Shown here: piece by piece, positions 1 through 11,019 of the stretch
Layout: each line of letters starts with the position of its first letter
Numbering within the stretch: position 1 is the first letter of the stretch
From: Bigelowiella natans CCMP2755
Taxonomy: Eukaryota; Protista; Cercozoa
Reading direction: 5' to 3'
DNA: 33,350 nt
NCBI GenBank assembly: GCA_000320545.1
Contig: ADNK01002642.1
Coordinates: 1-33,350 of the forward strand
The notes under the pieces: model-generated
The model's database searches: none
Seen by the model: only the letters and a program-made list of their open reading frames with translations
What the model was told of the DNA's origin: nothing
Made by a program: the position numbers and the translations under genes

Positions 1-1
1 A

Positions 2-140
2 GTGATGATGATGATAATGGTGATGACGATGATAATGATGATGATCATGGTGGTGATGATAATCATGATGATGATGATGATGATGATGATGAGGTCTGAT
101 GATAATACCGCTCTTATACTACTACTACTACTACTACTAC
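2..140. repeat. Imperfect (GAT/ATG)n trinucleotide tract followed by (CTA)n
   Basis: Directly visible. It explains the poly-Met ORF 2..220. Confidence 0.95.
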
Positions 141-149
141 ACTTCGTCG

Positions 150-250
150 GGTACATGCAACTACCATTTTTTCTTTGGCATGATAAATTGGAGCGATTTT
201 GCGGAGCGGATCACGACTGATAGATAGCAATATATAAAATTTATATGAAT

Positions 251-290
<40 letters not shown>

Positions 291-303
291 TATATAATAT
301 TAT

Positions 304-352
<49 letters not shown>

Positions 353-441
353 GGAGGGAGGGGGGGAAGGAAGGTCGCGCACAGGCACACACTTGTTAGT
401 AGGTTGAGATGTACGGGTAGATAAGAGTATACACACACACG

Positions 442-496
<55 letters not shown>

Positions 497-1671
497 TTAT
501 ATATATATCAGTATAACATATATACGAATAGCTTCCTCCCTCATCCTTGACAACCTTTCTCCTGCTCCTTCTTCTCCGTCTACATTGCTCTCCAAGTCCC
601 CCACCAACTCCCTTAGCACATCCTACAAACAATTCAAAGCAGCAGCAAACGATGAGCGTCTCAGAAAAGATGGGGGGTAGAGGAGGACGGGGGGAGGGGG
701 GGGGCGAACATGCACTATCATATCCAACAGCATGCCATCAATCGATACTACAAAAATGTTAATAGACTCTTGCTTACACACAGTAACAACAAGCAAGCAG
801 AAGGGAAGGAGAGCCGAAATGACCTTAATAGCCGCGGCCTCCTCCACGACACGATATGCATCGTCCACAGCAGGTTTCGCAGCTCGAGCCAGCTCCCCAC
901 TAGCCTCTAAATGTTTGGTCGTTCCACACACCAGAGAGGAGGCAAATCAGAGGACGAGAGAATGAGGGAGGGGGGGCGGAGACTAAATGCGCGGCTTGCG
1001 TGATGAGCGAAAATGTAGCGAAGTTGTCTCTGTAGCACTTTGGATATCGCCGCCCACTTTGACTCGCTGCGTTCGAAGGCCAACCACCATTCTGAAGAGA
1101 GAGTAAGGGGGGAGGGGGGGGGAGATGATTGTATAATAAAACACAAAAACATCATCATTTGCAACACTGTAATCTTGCACGAGCAGCAACACTCCCCCCC
1201 CCGCCGCTGACCTTTGCATAACGTTGACAGCAGTAGCCTTCGACTCAGCTCGTCTCTGGTATGACACAAAACAGTCATTGGTATCATGCGTGGCATGCGT
1301 GCGTGCACGTTCGGTTGCTGTATTCAGAAGCAGGGACGAAGTTTATGAAAGCAGCACAGCTTTCAAGCACACATCTCTCTCATATAGGGTTAGGGAGCTG
1401 GCAACCTGCGAAGACAAACTCTTGTATGCCGCATTCAGCCATTCCTTCACCCCCTGATCGGGATACATGTAACTTAGTAAGTTGTTAACTTTCCCAGAGG
1501 CAAAACCACTCCGCTTTCGAATTGCGCAGAACAAATAGAAGGGTGGGTAGAGCCGGGAGGGCGTGAAATAGAGGGGCAAAAAGTGTATCTCCTGGTCAAC
1601 AGAAGGTGGCTGCAAACCTGAGAGTCCGTAGGAGGATTCTCTGGGATAGAGAAAGACGGTGGCTCGCTCAT
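150..1671 (-). CDS. Multi-exon hypothetical protein, probably running off the left edge
   Basis: Phase-compatible GT-AG exons on the minus strand: 1255-1212 (DELSRRLLLSTLCK) joins the exon starting at 1091 (EWWLAFERSESKWAAISKVLQRQLRYIF). The exon ending at 824 (AAKPAVDDAYRVVEEAAAIK) joins 622-526 (DVLRELVGDLESNVDGEEGAGERLSRMREEAI). Candidate first exon MSEPPSFSIPENPPTDSQ from 1671. No family recognised, and several junctions are unresolved. Confidence 0.5.
246..500. repeat. Compound intronic microsatellite cluster (AT)n, (AG)n, G-run, (AC)n, (AT)n
   Basis: Directly visible. Representative of dozens of similar clusters across the window. Confidence 0.95.
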
Positions 1672-1709
1672 TAAACGAGGGGGGCGGCAATACGGTAGAT
1701 GACGTCAAG

Positions 1710-2710
1710 CAAGAGTCGTTTGAGCTTTGTACGATTTTATCGGGAAAACATCCATCTATGTTATTCTAAAATGATACTGTGATAAATTATTTATTTCAGG
1801 ATATTCCTAGGAACCAAAACAATAGCTTCTTTTAGTTGCATGCTGAGTATGGTAGGCATTGTCCGATGGCCAAAAAAATCAGATTCTACGATGTTTCCGG
1901 CTTTATTAATTTCCTAATTGGATTAAATGTGTACAATCTGAAAGTTTGGTAATAGTACCTGAATTAATCTGTAGAATGTGGATTTCCTAATGCAGCATAG
2001 GAGTAATTACTCTTATTTTAGTTCTTCTTTAGACACTTAGAAGTTCCAAAAACATCGCATTACTTATGAACGACTTATTCATTTATTAACTTTTGTCATT
2101 TTTCTTTACAATTTTCCTATGTTATGATAAATAATATCATACTGAATTAACAAGGATCAGTCAGTCACTACCCGATGGTTTTAGAGTTCAGATAATTAAA
2201 GGGGATACAGCGTAATAATTTCCTTCATTTGAGGGTTTATTTGTAGAAATGGCGTTTCAATGGCTCGTTTTCGAAAAGGTGCCTTGTTATTATAAAAATT
2301 ATGTAAGTTCTTTTGTCGTTCAATACATATAAAGCATACTTTCGTGTTTCGAGATAATATGAAGGAACTAAAGGCTGAAATTGTCATCATTTTAACAATT
2401 AAGTTCATCATCAATGCATATTCTAATATATTTTCATCATTTTGAAATGTATATTTTATAAACGACATCACAATATCATATATATTGTAGAATTATACAA
2501 TATAATTTCTCGAGTAAGTTGCGAATTGTCCGGGATTACTTTTCACCAATTTCCAGGACGACAAAGATAAAAATAAAATCATCGAAATTGATAACTCACT
2601 CCATTTAGTAGGAATATAGATCTAATTTTGTTAGATATATGTTATAAAAGCCCAGATAATAATATTTTCCGTTCAAACATAATCTTACCGCACTAATTGT
2701 TACAATCCTC
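1710..2710. promoter_or_regulatory. AT-rich, microsatellite-free head-to-head intergenic region (probable bidirectional promoter zone)
   Basis: Lies between the predicted starts at 1671 (-) and 2711 (+) and is visibly AT-rich. Promoter function is inferred from position only. Confidence 0.4.
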
Positions 2711-4404
2711 ATGTTGGTCTTCCTCCCCCTGGCCCTTCTGTTCCAGGCGGAAGCCCTCTCTAGCGTAATAATAAAGAATCTAATTAACTTAAATTAGCTT
2801 TCCCCTCTTCTTTAGATTTTGTTTGTTTTTGTTAATGATGCTCTTCATCGGGAAAGCGTCATAAATTGCGGATGAGCTTAAGACCTAGTAGGTGCAGGAC
2901 CTGTGGTCTCAATTTGTTTTTAAATCTTCAGGGTAAACATGACGTACTAGCGGTGTTGGATCAAGGTGAAAGTGGGGGACAAAAATGTTCAGTTCTGAGG
3001 AATATGAACAATGTCCTCTATGGAATCACCGCCGAAATAGGAACACCACCACAAAAATTCGATGTAGTAGCTGACACTGGCTCGAATCAGCTAGTGATCC
3101 CTGGATCTTGCTGCCGCTCCTGCCTGAGCAAGCATCTCTACAAAGCAAATTCTTCTTCCACTTCATTCGAGACTCACAAGCGTTCCTCCATCACATACGG
3201 GTCTGGGAGCTGCAAGGGAGAACTTACACATGACGACGTGTTGGCAGCTGGGATCCAGAGCAAAAATCAGGTTATGCTCGTAATGTGCAGGCAGAGTATC
3301 GAAGGGTACAAGAACCTTGGTATGGACGGAATTATGGGTATGGGTATGCCAGCTAGCGCTATGGGCACATCTGTTGACCTCGTTGGCGAGCACGACCGCT
3401 CCTTCTTTTCCCAGGCGAACATCAACGCCTTCACTTTCTGCTTCAACAAGGGTGCAGGGACTAACGGGGTGCTCCACGTTCATGATGAAAATGAGACCAA
3501 CGATTACACCTTTGAGGATGTCGTGGGAACTGTTCATTGGGGCGTGAAACTTAAGGGAGCTTCATTCAGCAGCCAAGCGAGTGGTGCTTCTCCCGTAGCT
3601 GTTGATGGTGTTTGTAAGAACGGTTGCGCCGCGATTGTGGACTCTGGCACGACCTTGATTGCTGGTCCTGGCGGTGACATCATTAAAATCCTTGCTTCTC
3701 TCTGCTCTAGCGTCGATGGCTGCAAGAAGATGCCAGTTCAAACCCGTAGAACAGGCACCGGTAGAGGCGACGACTCTTGGGGCGATGATGAGGATGACAT
3801 TTTGGAGAGCGAAGGAGACGAGCGCCGCCCCAAAATGTCCGACCCAGGCACCATGCCCTCCATGAAGGAACAAATCCAGGCGATGAACTTCCAGAAGTGG
3901 ATGTTCAGCTGCCCCGCGGAGATGGCGACATTGCCAAACATCAACTTCGAGCTCGCAGGGTCGAAGGTCTCCCTCCCGGCTAGCATCTACACAATGAAGG
4001 TGAACAAGAAGGAGCTGAGGGAAAGCGATTCGGATGATCTCTTCAGCAAGCGGTCCCTCTTCAACTACACGTCCCTCCTCGAGGGCGCCCCTTCCTCCTC
4101 CAGTGCGAGCGACATGGCCTGCCTCCCAGCATTTATGAAAATGGAGATGAAATCTAGGACGCTCGGTCCCATCTGGATTCTGGGCATGCCTGTATTCCGT
4201 CAGTACACGGTCATGTTCCACCGCACGAAGAGCGCGGGCAAAGCCGCGGTTGGCTTCAAGGAGACACCGGCAGCCGGATGCACGGCTTGTGGCAAGTCTG
4301 GCGAGACGCTGATTAACGTCAAGAAGGCGCCAACCCATAACGTGTTCCACCCCGGGCATGTTCGTAGTGCAAACATTCCCGAGCATGAATTTGCGACTAT
4401 CTAA
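2711..4404 (+). CDS. Secreted aspartic protease, pepsin family A1 (cathepsin D/plasmepsin-like)
   Basis: Both catalytic motifs are present (FDVVADTGS and AIVDSGTT), plus the flap (SITYGSG), DGIMGMG and WILGMPVFRQYTVMF. A probable first exon 2711-2764 encodes a signal peptide (MLVFLPLALLFQAEALSS) ending at a GT donor. The main exon runs from about 2857 to the TAA at 4402-4404. A further small intron near 2890-2950 cannot be excluded. Confidence 0.96.
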
Positions 4405-4659
4405 TTTATTAAGGTCCACGAAAGTGGACAACAGTATATTATTATCGGTGTCGTTGCGGCCGCAGAGAGTGAGAGCTTTCGTGTCGCAGGTCGCATTCTT
4501 CTTTTAATGATAATGTCTGATTGCTCTTAGCATGAGGAGTTTGCGATGTAGAAAGTCTCTAGTTTTTGTGGTTTTTTTTTGGTGATTCTACCAAATTTGA
4601 ACCGGTTGCTTTCCGAACGTGTAAATATATGTAAGCGAATCGATTCGGCGTCGGATTCT

Positions 4660-5053
4660 TGTCGGAAATCTTGCTGATCGATGATGATGAAGTTGTTTCA
4701 TTACAAGCTCTCGTATTATTATTCTGGATCAACGGCCACCATACCAGTCTTGTATAAGGCGGCCGTGCGAAGACTGCATGCGATATATGTGCGATGCGTG
4801 TGCACTGAAATGCAAATAAGCTGGCAAGGTCCAGTAGTTAGCAAAGTTGCATGCTATATAGATAACAGGTGCTGCTGCTGTGTGACTGAGCGTATACACA
4901 TCTACTAGCAGATGATCGACATGGCATGTACGCAGTCCTGCGTGCGTGCAAACTAGGACGATCGAAGTAGGCATATGCATATATATTGCATCGATCGGAA
5001 ATACTATTGTCACCATCGATATTGAGTCCGTGCGCGCGCGACGCTAGCTATTA

Positions 5054-5095
<42 letters not shown>

Positions 5096-5700
5096 ATATA
5101 TATCGCATTATAATTACATTTCTTACAAGATGGATGCAATTATTATAGCAATCAATTAAATCATTTGTAGAAAACACACATACAGCAATGGTCATCCTTG
5201 CATGCTGCGTACGCGTACGCATGAGACGGATGCAATCAATCAATCAGATTTGTATAGTGGTCATCCTGCACACTGTACGACAGCTATGCGCAATGCAGCG
5301 GCTACAGCGCCAATGGTGAATCTGTCGTGCACCATTGATGGCTATATGGACGACTTACCACTGCACGTGTACGTACTTGCGCACTGAATCGCATGATGCA
5401 GCTAGCGTCGCCAGAGCAAACAAACAACAAAATAAAGTACTAGCTGCTACGCGCTGCCTTGCAACACTAATAGTTAGCTAGCACTAGAGCAGTGTGTACA
5501 TAAAGCCACGCGACGCTCGCGCCATATTCATGCTAGCTATGGCGTGCTACAATAAGCATTGTAAAGTAGACGGATGTAATGAATGCATAGCATGATGTAT
5601 TTTTTTAACTGTCATCCGAATGTAGCTACATGTGCATGCAGATATACTAGCAAGCTATGCTATTGGGCATACATACTTTTCGCATCGACGTACGTTTGTG
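4660..5700. other. Palindrome-rich tail-to-tail intergenic tract 1
   Basis: Dense TGCA, GCATGC, GCTAGC, GTAC and CGATCG words between the convergent protease (+) and unknown (-) genes. Confidence 0.75.
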
Positions 5701-5708
5701 TTATGATA

Positions 5709-6381
5709 TCATATATATACCCTAGTAGCAATACGATCTCCTTGGTGGTCCCCTTGTTCCTTTCGAGATAGAACAAGCCGAGACTGGCTGCAAATTCTCT
5801 TCGATGTCCTCTGCTTCTTCCTCTTATTTCCCTACTACTCACAGTTCGCCATGGGTTTCAATGATCCGGATGCACTCCGCCACGCTGCGTCGGTCTCTCA
5901 TTGCCTTTGCGATATCGAGCAGCAAAGCTTGTTTTTCCCGTAAAAGACACACAACCGCAAGGGCAGCCCACCGTTTTGTTAGCACGACGTCACGCCGTGA
6001 GACACCCGAGATCCTGAGCGCTTGCTCCAGAATCCGCAGGTCCTCTTTGCCCCCCTCTGTGGAAAAGCAAAAGCGAGTCGTTTGTTACTAGCGGGACGAA
6101 TGAATGCAACAAGTAATTCCGGCGGTGACGACGATGCCGACAGCACCTCGAAATTCGCTCGTTGGCGCGTCTTTTTTTGGATGTTTATTGCTGGTTTTTT
6201 TTTTTTTTTGGAAGAAAGAGTCTTTTGCTCTGTAGTATGCGTTCATACACAGCTCTCGCGCAGGGCCGTAGGTAGATCAGAGAAACCTCACCGTTTTTGG
6301 TTTTTAGCAGAAGGAAAGACGCTCCCGAAGTTAGCGTAATGTATCATTGAATGATATGTATTTACAATATATGTAAGGAAA

Positions 6382-6447
<66 letters not shown>

Positions 6448-7088
6448 TCTAAATGTCTCTGCATTTTGGCTCAACCTGCTTGCTCGAAAATGACATACTC
6501 TGCTGCAATCCCTCCAACAGCAACCATAGAGTACCTTTATTATGTTCAGTGCCATTAGTCGTGCGATCGTGGAAATATGGTAGAAAAGTCCTTATTACCA
6601 AGCGATGTAAATATACATTTGTGTGTGTGTGTGTGGGGGGGGTTATTCATTCTGGACCACCTCTCTGCGTCTGATGTTATGGAGAGGGGGTGCCTCTTTG
6701 CGCTTTGCTCGGATGCGGCTCCTGCTGCAGCTGTCGGTAGCATCGTAGTTCCAGCCTGGTAAAGACAGATGGAAGGTTTTGAGGAGTGCGGGCATTCTAC
6801 ATCGGAAGAGGTTGCGCCGTGCACGCACGCGGCGAGGAAAATGCCATGCCGCCCCTCCCCCTTGTGGATGTTGTCATCACAAAAGGAAACGAACATAAGG
6901 TGGAAGGGGGGGAGGGGGAGGGGGGTAGATAGCATGCATTCCAGACCTACCTGCACGTTTATCATCCCATCGTTCCGAAACGCCTCAAGGCTGCTCAATC
7001 TATAGCTGAGCGACGCACAAGGAAAACATAGAGTTCTTGGTACTACTCCGCTGAAGCTCCGAGGGGCGATTAGCGACGATTTTTCGCA

Positions 7089-7126
<38 letters not shown>

Positions 7127-7140
7127 TCTCTCCCTCTCTC

Positions 7141-7177
<37 letters not shown>

Positions 7178-7264
7178 CTACCGTTGTGGTAGAACACCGA
7201 TAAGATATGCTGTGAGGAAATGCCCGGCCTCGTGCACGCTCTGTGCAGATACACACCAACTCCC

Positions 7265-7301
<37 letters not shown>

Positions 7302-7628
7302 GCCGTGTCGCCCCCCCCCCCCCCATCATCAATTAGACTGCAAAGAAGAAGAAGAGAAGAGAAAACCGTTAGATGAACTGCATGGAAGAGGAAAAGAAGA
7401 TAGAAGAAAGAAGCTACCACGCGGTGCCGGTACTTCTCGTCGACCGTGTTGATAAGAGTGTCAATCCCGAGCGCGAAACCGCCCCCGGAGAGCGCCACCT
7501 GGTCTACACAATAGTACACGTGCGGAGAGAAGTAAACAAGCTTTGAATAGAATAAGCGACCGCGCATATAGCGCTGATTAAGAGAGAGTGCGACGGCGAC
7601 GCAAATCGTGCATCTTTGAACACGCGCG

Positions 7629-7663
<35 letters not shown>

Positions 7664-8346
7664 GCTCGCGCGCACACATGAAAGCGGCCGGGTCGCTCCG
7701 CGTAAGAAAATGAGCTTGCAGGCATTTCCATGCGACGCCCTGACCCAGCAAGAAAAACCCAGGCCCGAAATCGCTAACTTCACTTTAGGCAGGGACACTG
7801 CCACCTTGACCCGCTCTCAAACCGCACAGCGCAGCGTGCAGCACTTACCAACGAAGAACATAAACAGGACGAAGAACCCGAAATCTGCCCAGGTCTCAAA
7901 GTTTTGGCTCAATGCCTGATTGTGGAAAAGCCAGGAACCGGGGGGGGGGGGGGGGGCGGTTGATACCCGTCGCGACTGAAACAGCTATAGTTCGTGCATG
8001 CGGTGGCGAGTCAAAAAATAAGAGAGAACGGGGGGAATATCGATGATCTCGCGCTACGGAGCAGTTTCAGAGAGAATAATCGGTATTTTCACTTGGATCT
8101 CACCATCGACTAAGACGTGATCGTCACTTTCTCTCTCGCTGTGACTGCTACTACTACTGCTACTACAGCTACTACTATACCCATACATAGAGCCCTGCAA
8201 CCCCAAGCGTGAGAGATCGTACAAATCCGCGAAGCATCTATTTACCCCGCCAAAAAGGGAGTCCGTGAACGACAAATACATCGTAATTAGAGGCGATTTA
8301 TTCGTATTGAGGCAATACCGTATGCACATTAATATATAAATATATA

Positions 8347-8388
<42 letters not shown>

Positions 8389-8545
8389 AACTTCAATCTC
8401 TCGGTACAGCTATTTAAACCGTAATCATCAATGGCCTGTCCGACCTCGTCTTCTGGGGAGAGAATGGCCTCCGGGTCGACTCGGAACATCTTCATCTCGT
8501 ACTTCGTGTACTCTCTTCGAGGTACAAGCAGCAGGACAAAGTATT

Positions 8546-8582
<37 letters not shown>

Positions 8583-10333
8583 GGAAAGCACGAAGGAACA
8601 TCATCATGCATCTCGTCATCAATTCCGTTGGCTGCGTATCTATTCCCCTTTCCCGCCGTACTGAAAGAATCTAGAGAGGTGCTATCCTATGGTTTCCTCA
8701 ACCAAAAATTCAAAACGAGGGGTCAAAACGAAGCTGAAAGATAGCTGCTTATTCACGTGGTTTATATGATTCCACCCGGGGAGGACATGAGAGTCTTTGC
8801 TCAAAAATAGGCCGCTATAACTCACCGCCTTGGCAGCAAAATCGCTTTTCCAAAGTACTTGAGAACATCGGTTGACGCCCCCTCCATTGCCGTCTAAACG
8901 GTAATGTTCATCATTATTATCTCCCGGGGTCGGAATGCAACCAACGATGTAGCAGTCGTATTATCTATCTACACACAGGTGCGCCGCCTGGCATCGGCAG
9001 AGCCGGAACGTACCGAACGTAAACACGATGCGTTTTATCATTTTCATCAAACCTGGACTGCTTCTGCTGAGGAGCTCTCGTTGTTGAGGAGAACATCAAG
9101 CCTTCTGATCAACGAGTCCCTCGAAGAAACACTACTACGGTTGCTGCTGGGTGCCGTGCGGCTACCCGCTATGCCGGCCTCATCCGCGCTTCTGACGATG
9201 TAGGATGGCGTTCGGTTTAGTAATAGAATACAAGTGAAACAAGTTGTTATTGTTATATTTGGCAAGTTTATGCACATGTTTTACAGCCGTATGTTGAAAC
9301 GAGGAGGGGAGTGTCTGTCTCACCCCTTTCACGTGTGCGAATATGCTGTACCTTGCTACGGAAGTAGTTATAGAGCTCCTCTTGATGACTTCATTGTCGA
9401 GCGAACGCGACGCCCGAATTGGATACGAGGTTATTGGTGGTTTCAAAGTCGTCAGCCCTCTCCTCGATGTTGCACGCGAGCTTCCGTGCCAAGGAAGACT
9501 CGCTGCATGGTGGGGAGATACGACGCTTGCCGACACGATGCTCAAGATGCTTATAGAGACAACGCTTACATGTGAGAATGTCATAGTGCAGAAGGATATA
9601 TATGTCTATCGGTTATCTCCCTCGTCTGTGCTCACTGCAGATAGCACCACCAGAGATTAGGAGGACGGTTCATAGAGGGGAGGCTTGGCCCGTCGACTCC
9701 AAGATTTTGGAATTCACGATAAGATTGGGGTTTTTATCCTGCGACATCAATAATCAACCGTATTTCCAAGAATCTCATTTCCGTAAAAGCCAGCCTGCAT
9801 AGAACAGTAAACTTCGAAGAACTTCCTGTACTAAAATCCGCTGTGAATCGTGTCTAATGATTTTGTCCCATCGGTTAATTTACCTTGTGCTTCTGAGAGA
9901 ACTCGAAATTACCTGCGACAAGCAAAAACTGAGATGTATTCGACCATGATTTTGAAATGAGTCATATATAATCGGGGATAACGGGGTAACAGGCAAGGAA
10001 TTTCGAGGGACTTTATATGGTACCGCGGTACCGCCTGAAATTCGTTCGCGTAAGCAGGGCAGAAGTAAAAGACGCAGTAGGAAATTAGCCAATAATTTGC
10101 ATCAAAAATCCCAAACGGCGCATGATCACAAAATATCCTGTGGTAGTTAAATACTGCATCTTTTGGATTTCACTTGGACGGGTTCCTTTTGTTGACTGAA
10201 ACAAATAACTTTTCGCACAGCGATTATTCCCCTTGAGCACCAAACCTACGTCAACTGCATCCGACAGTTTATGCATGAAGAATGCAAATATTCTAATTTC
10301 TTCTGCAGGTGGAGGGTTTTTCTCCAACAGCAT
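5709..10333 (-). CDS. Long multi-exon hypothetical protein
   Basis: Many minus-strand GT-AG exons with open, protein-like frames. Examples: MLLEKNPPPAEEIRIFAFFMHKLSDAV (from 10333); a phase-compatible chain ASLPWHGSS...SVAR|SADEAG...AEAVQ|TAMEGASTDVLKYFGKAILLPR (about 9505-8827); EYTKYEMKMFRVDPEAILSPEDEVGQAIDDY (about 8515-8420); and 6056-5843 GGKEDLRILEQALRISG...IIETHGEL. Family not recognised, and it could be more than one gene. Confidence 0.6.
7089..7325. repeat. Compound microsatellite (CT)n(GT)n, then (CAT)n and a C-run
   Basis: Directly visible inside predicted introns. Confidence 0.95.
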
Positions 10334-10349
10334 AGCATGGCCACTGTGT

Positions 10350-10900
10350 GTACAGGTGTAAACATGTAAAGGATGTACATACTCAAGTTCATCCAGTCCT
10401 TCACTGCATTGACTACAATAATAATTGATTAAATTTTTACCTGCGACAAGATTATTTACTTATTATTAACTTATTATTCAATGCATTATCTCAGTAAATA
10501 TGTACCCGTTATGTAAGACAAATTCTGAAAACAATATTCTGTTTCCTGTTTCAGAATGACTACATTGTCCATGCAAAAATAACAGTACGTATTTTTCATC
10601 ATATTTTTTACAGTTCAACAATTTATATAGCTAATTATAATCCTTTTTTGAATAATATGTAATTTTAATATTCATGTAAAGTCTAAACTTTGATTCTGAT
10701 TTTGTTTGAGAAAGGCATGCATTTATGTGAAGATTGTGTCAACCCCGGTTTTCAATGCACTTTAAATCAGATCTTATTGTAATTACACTCTCATGCTTTT
10801 CATTAATATCGGGAGAGAAAACACGACATTTCCTGGAAAACCATATAAAATGTGATGTATTTAGCTTGTAGAGAGATTTTTTCCCTCCTCCGAAAGCTCT
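10350..10900. promoter_or_regulatory. AT-rich head-to-head intergenic region
   Basis: Lies between the minus gene starting near 10333 and the plus ORF at 11020. A minus-strand cag|gtaa donor at about 10440 suggests a 5' UTR intron. Confidence 0.4.
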
Positions 10901-11019
10901 GAAAATATCGTCCGGAAGCTTATATCACCACAGTCCCCCTGCCCGCCTCAACATCGGACATCCAACCAGAGGGGGATAGAAACAAGAACCAGGCCTTCCT
11001 GTTTCCCGATCTCATATTA

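Noticed and set aside
2-500. Poly-Met, poly-IY, poly-CV and poly-SL/RE ORFs here and throughout the ORF track
   Set aside because: They are translations of microsatellites in introns, not proteins.
2196-2471. 91-aa minus-strand ORF in the AT-rich block
   Set aside because: Composition reflects AT-rich DNA (I/K/N/F-rich), with no motif or splice support.
3562-4431. 289-aa antisense ORF opposite the protease
   Set aside because: Expected shadow of high-GC3 coding on the plus strand, with no recognisable motifs.
6462-6474. 13-nt match (CATTTTGGCTCAA) to the dinoflagellate spliced leader, with an 11-nt match at 7902-7912
   Set aside because: Partial, antisense to the host gene, not upstream of any start and lacking the CCGTAGC 5' part. 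Compatible with chance.
10019-10032. Perfect 14-bp palindrome ggtaccgcggtacc
   Set aside because: Isolated and probably within coding sequence. One such palindrome in 33 kb is not remarkable.
9909-10450. Repeated 14-mer ttacctgcgacaag (9909-9922 and 10437-10450)
   Set aside because: On the minus strand both read ...tcgcag|gtaa, a splice-donor consensus, so shared splice signals plus chance explain it.
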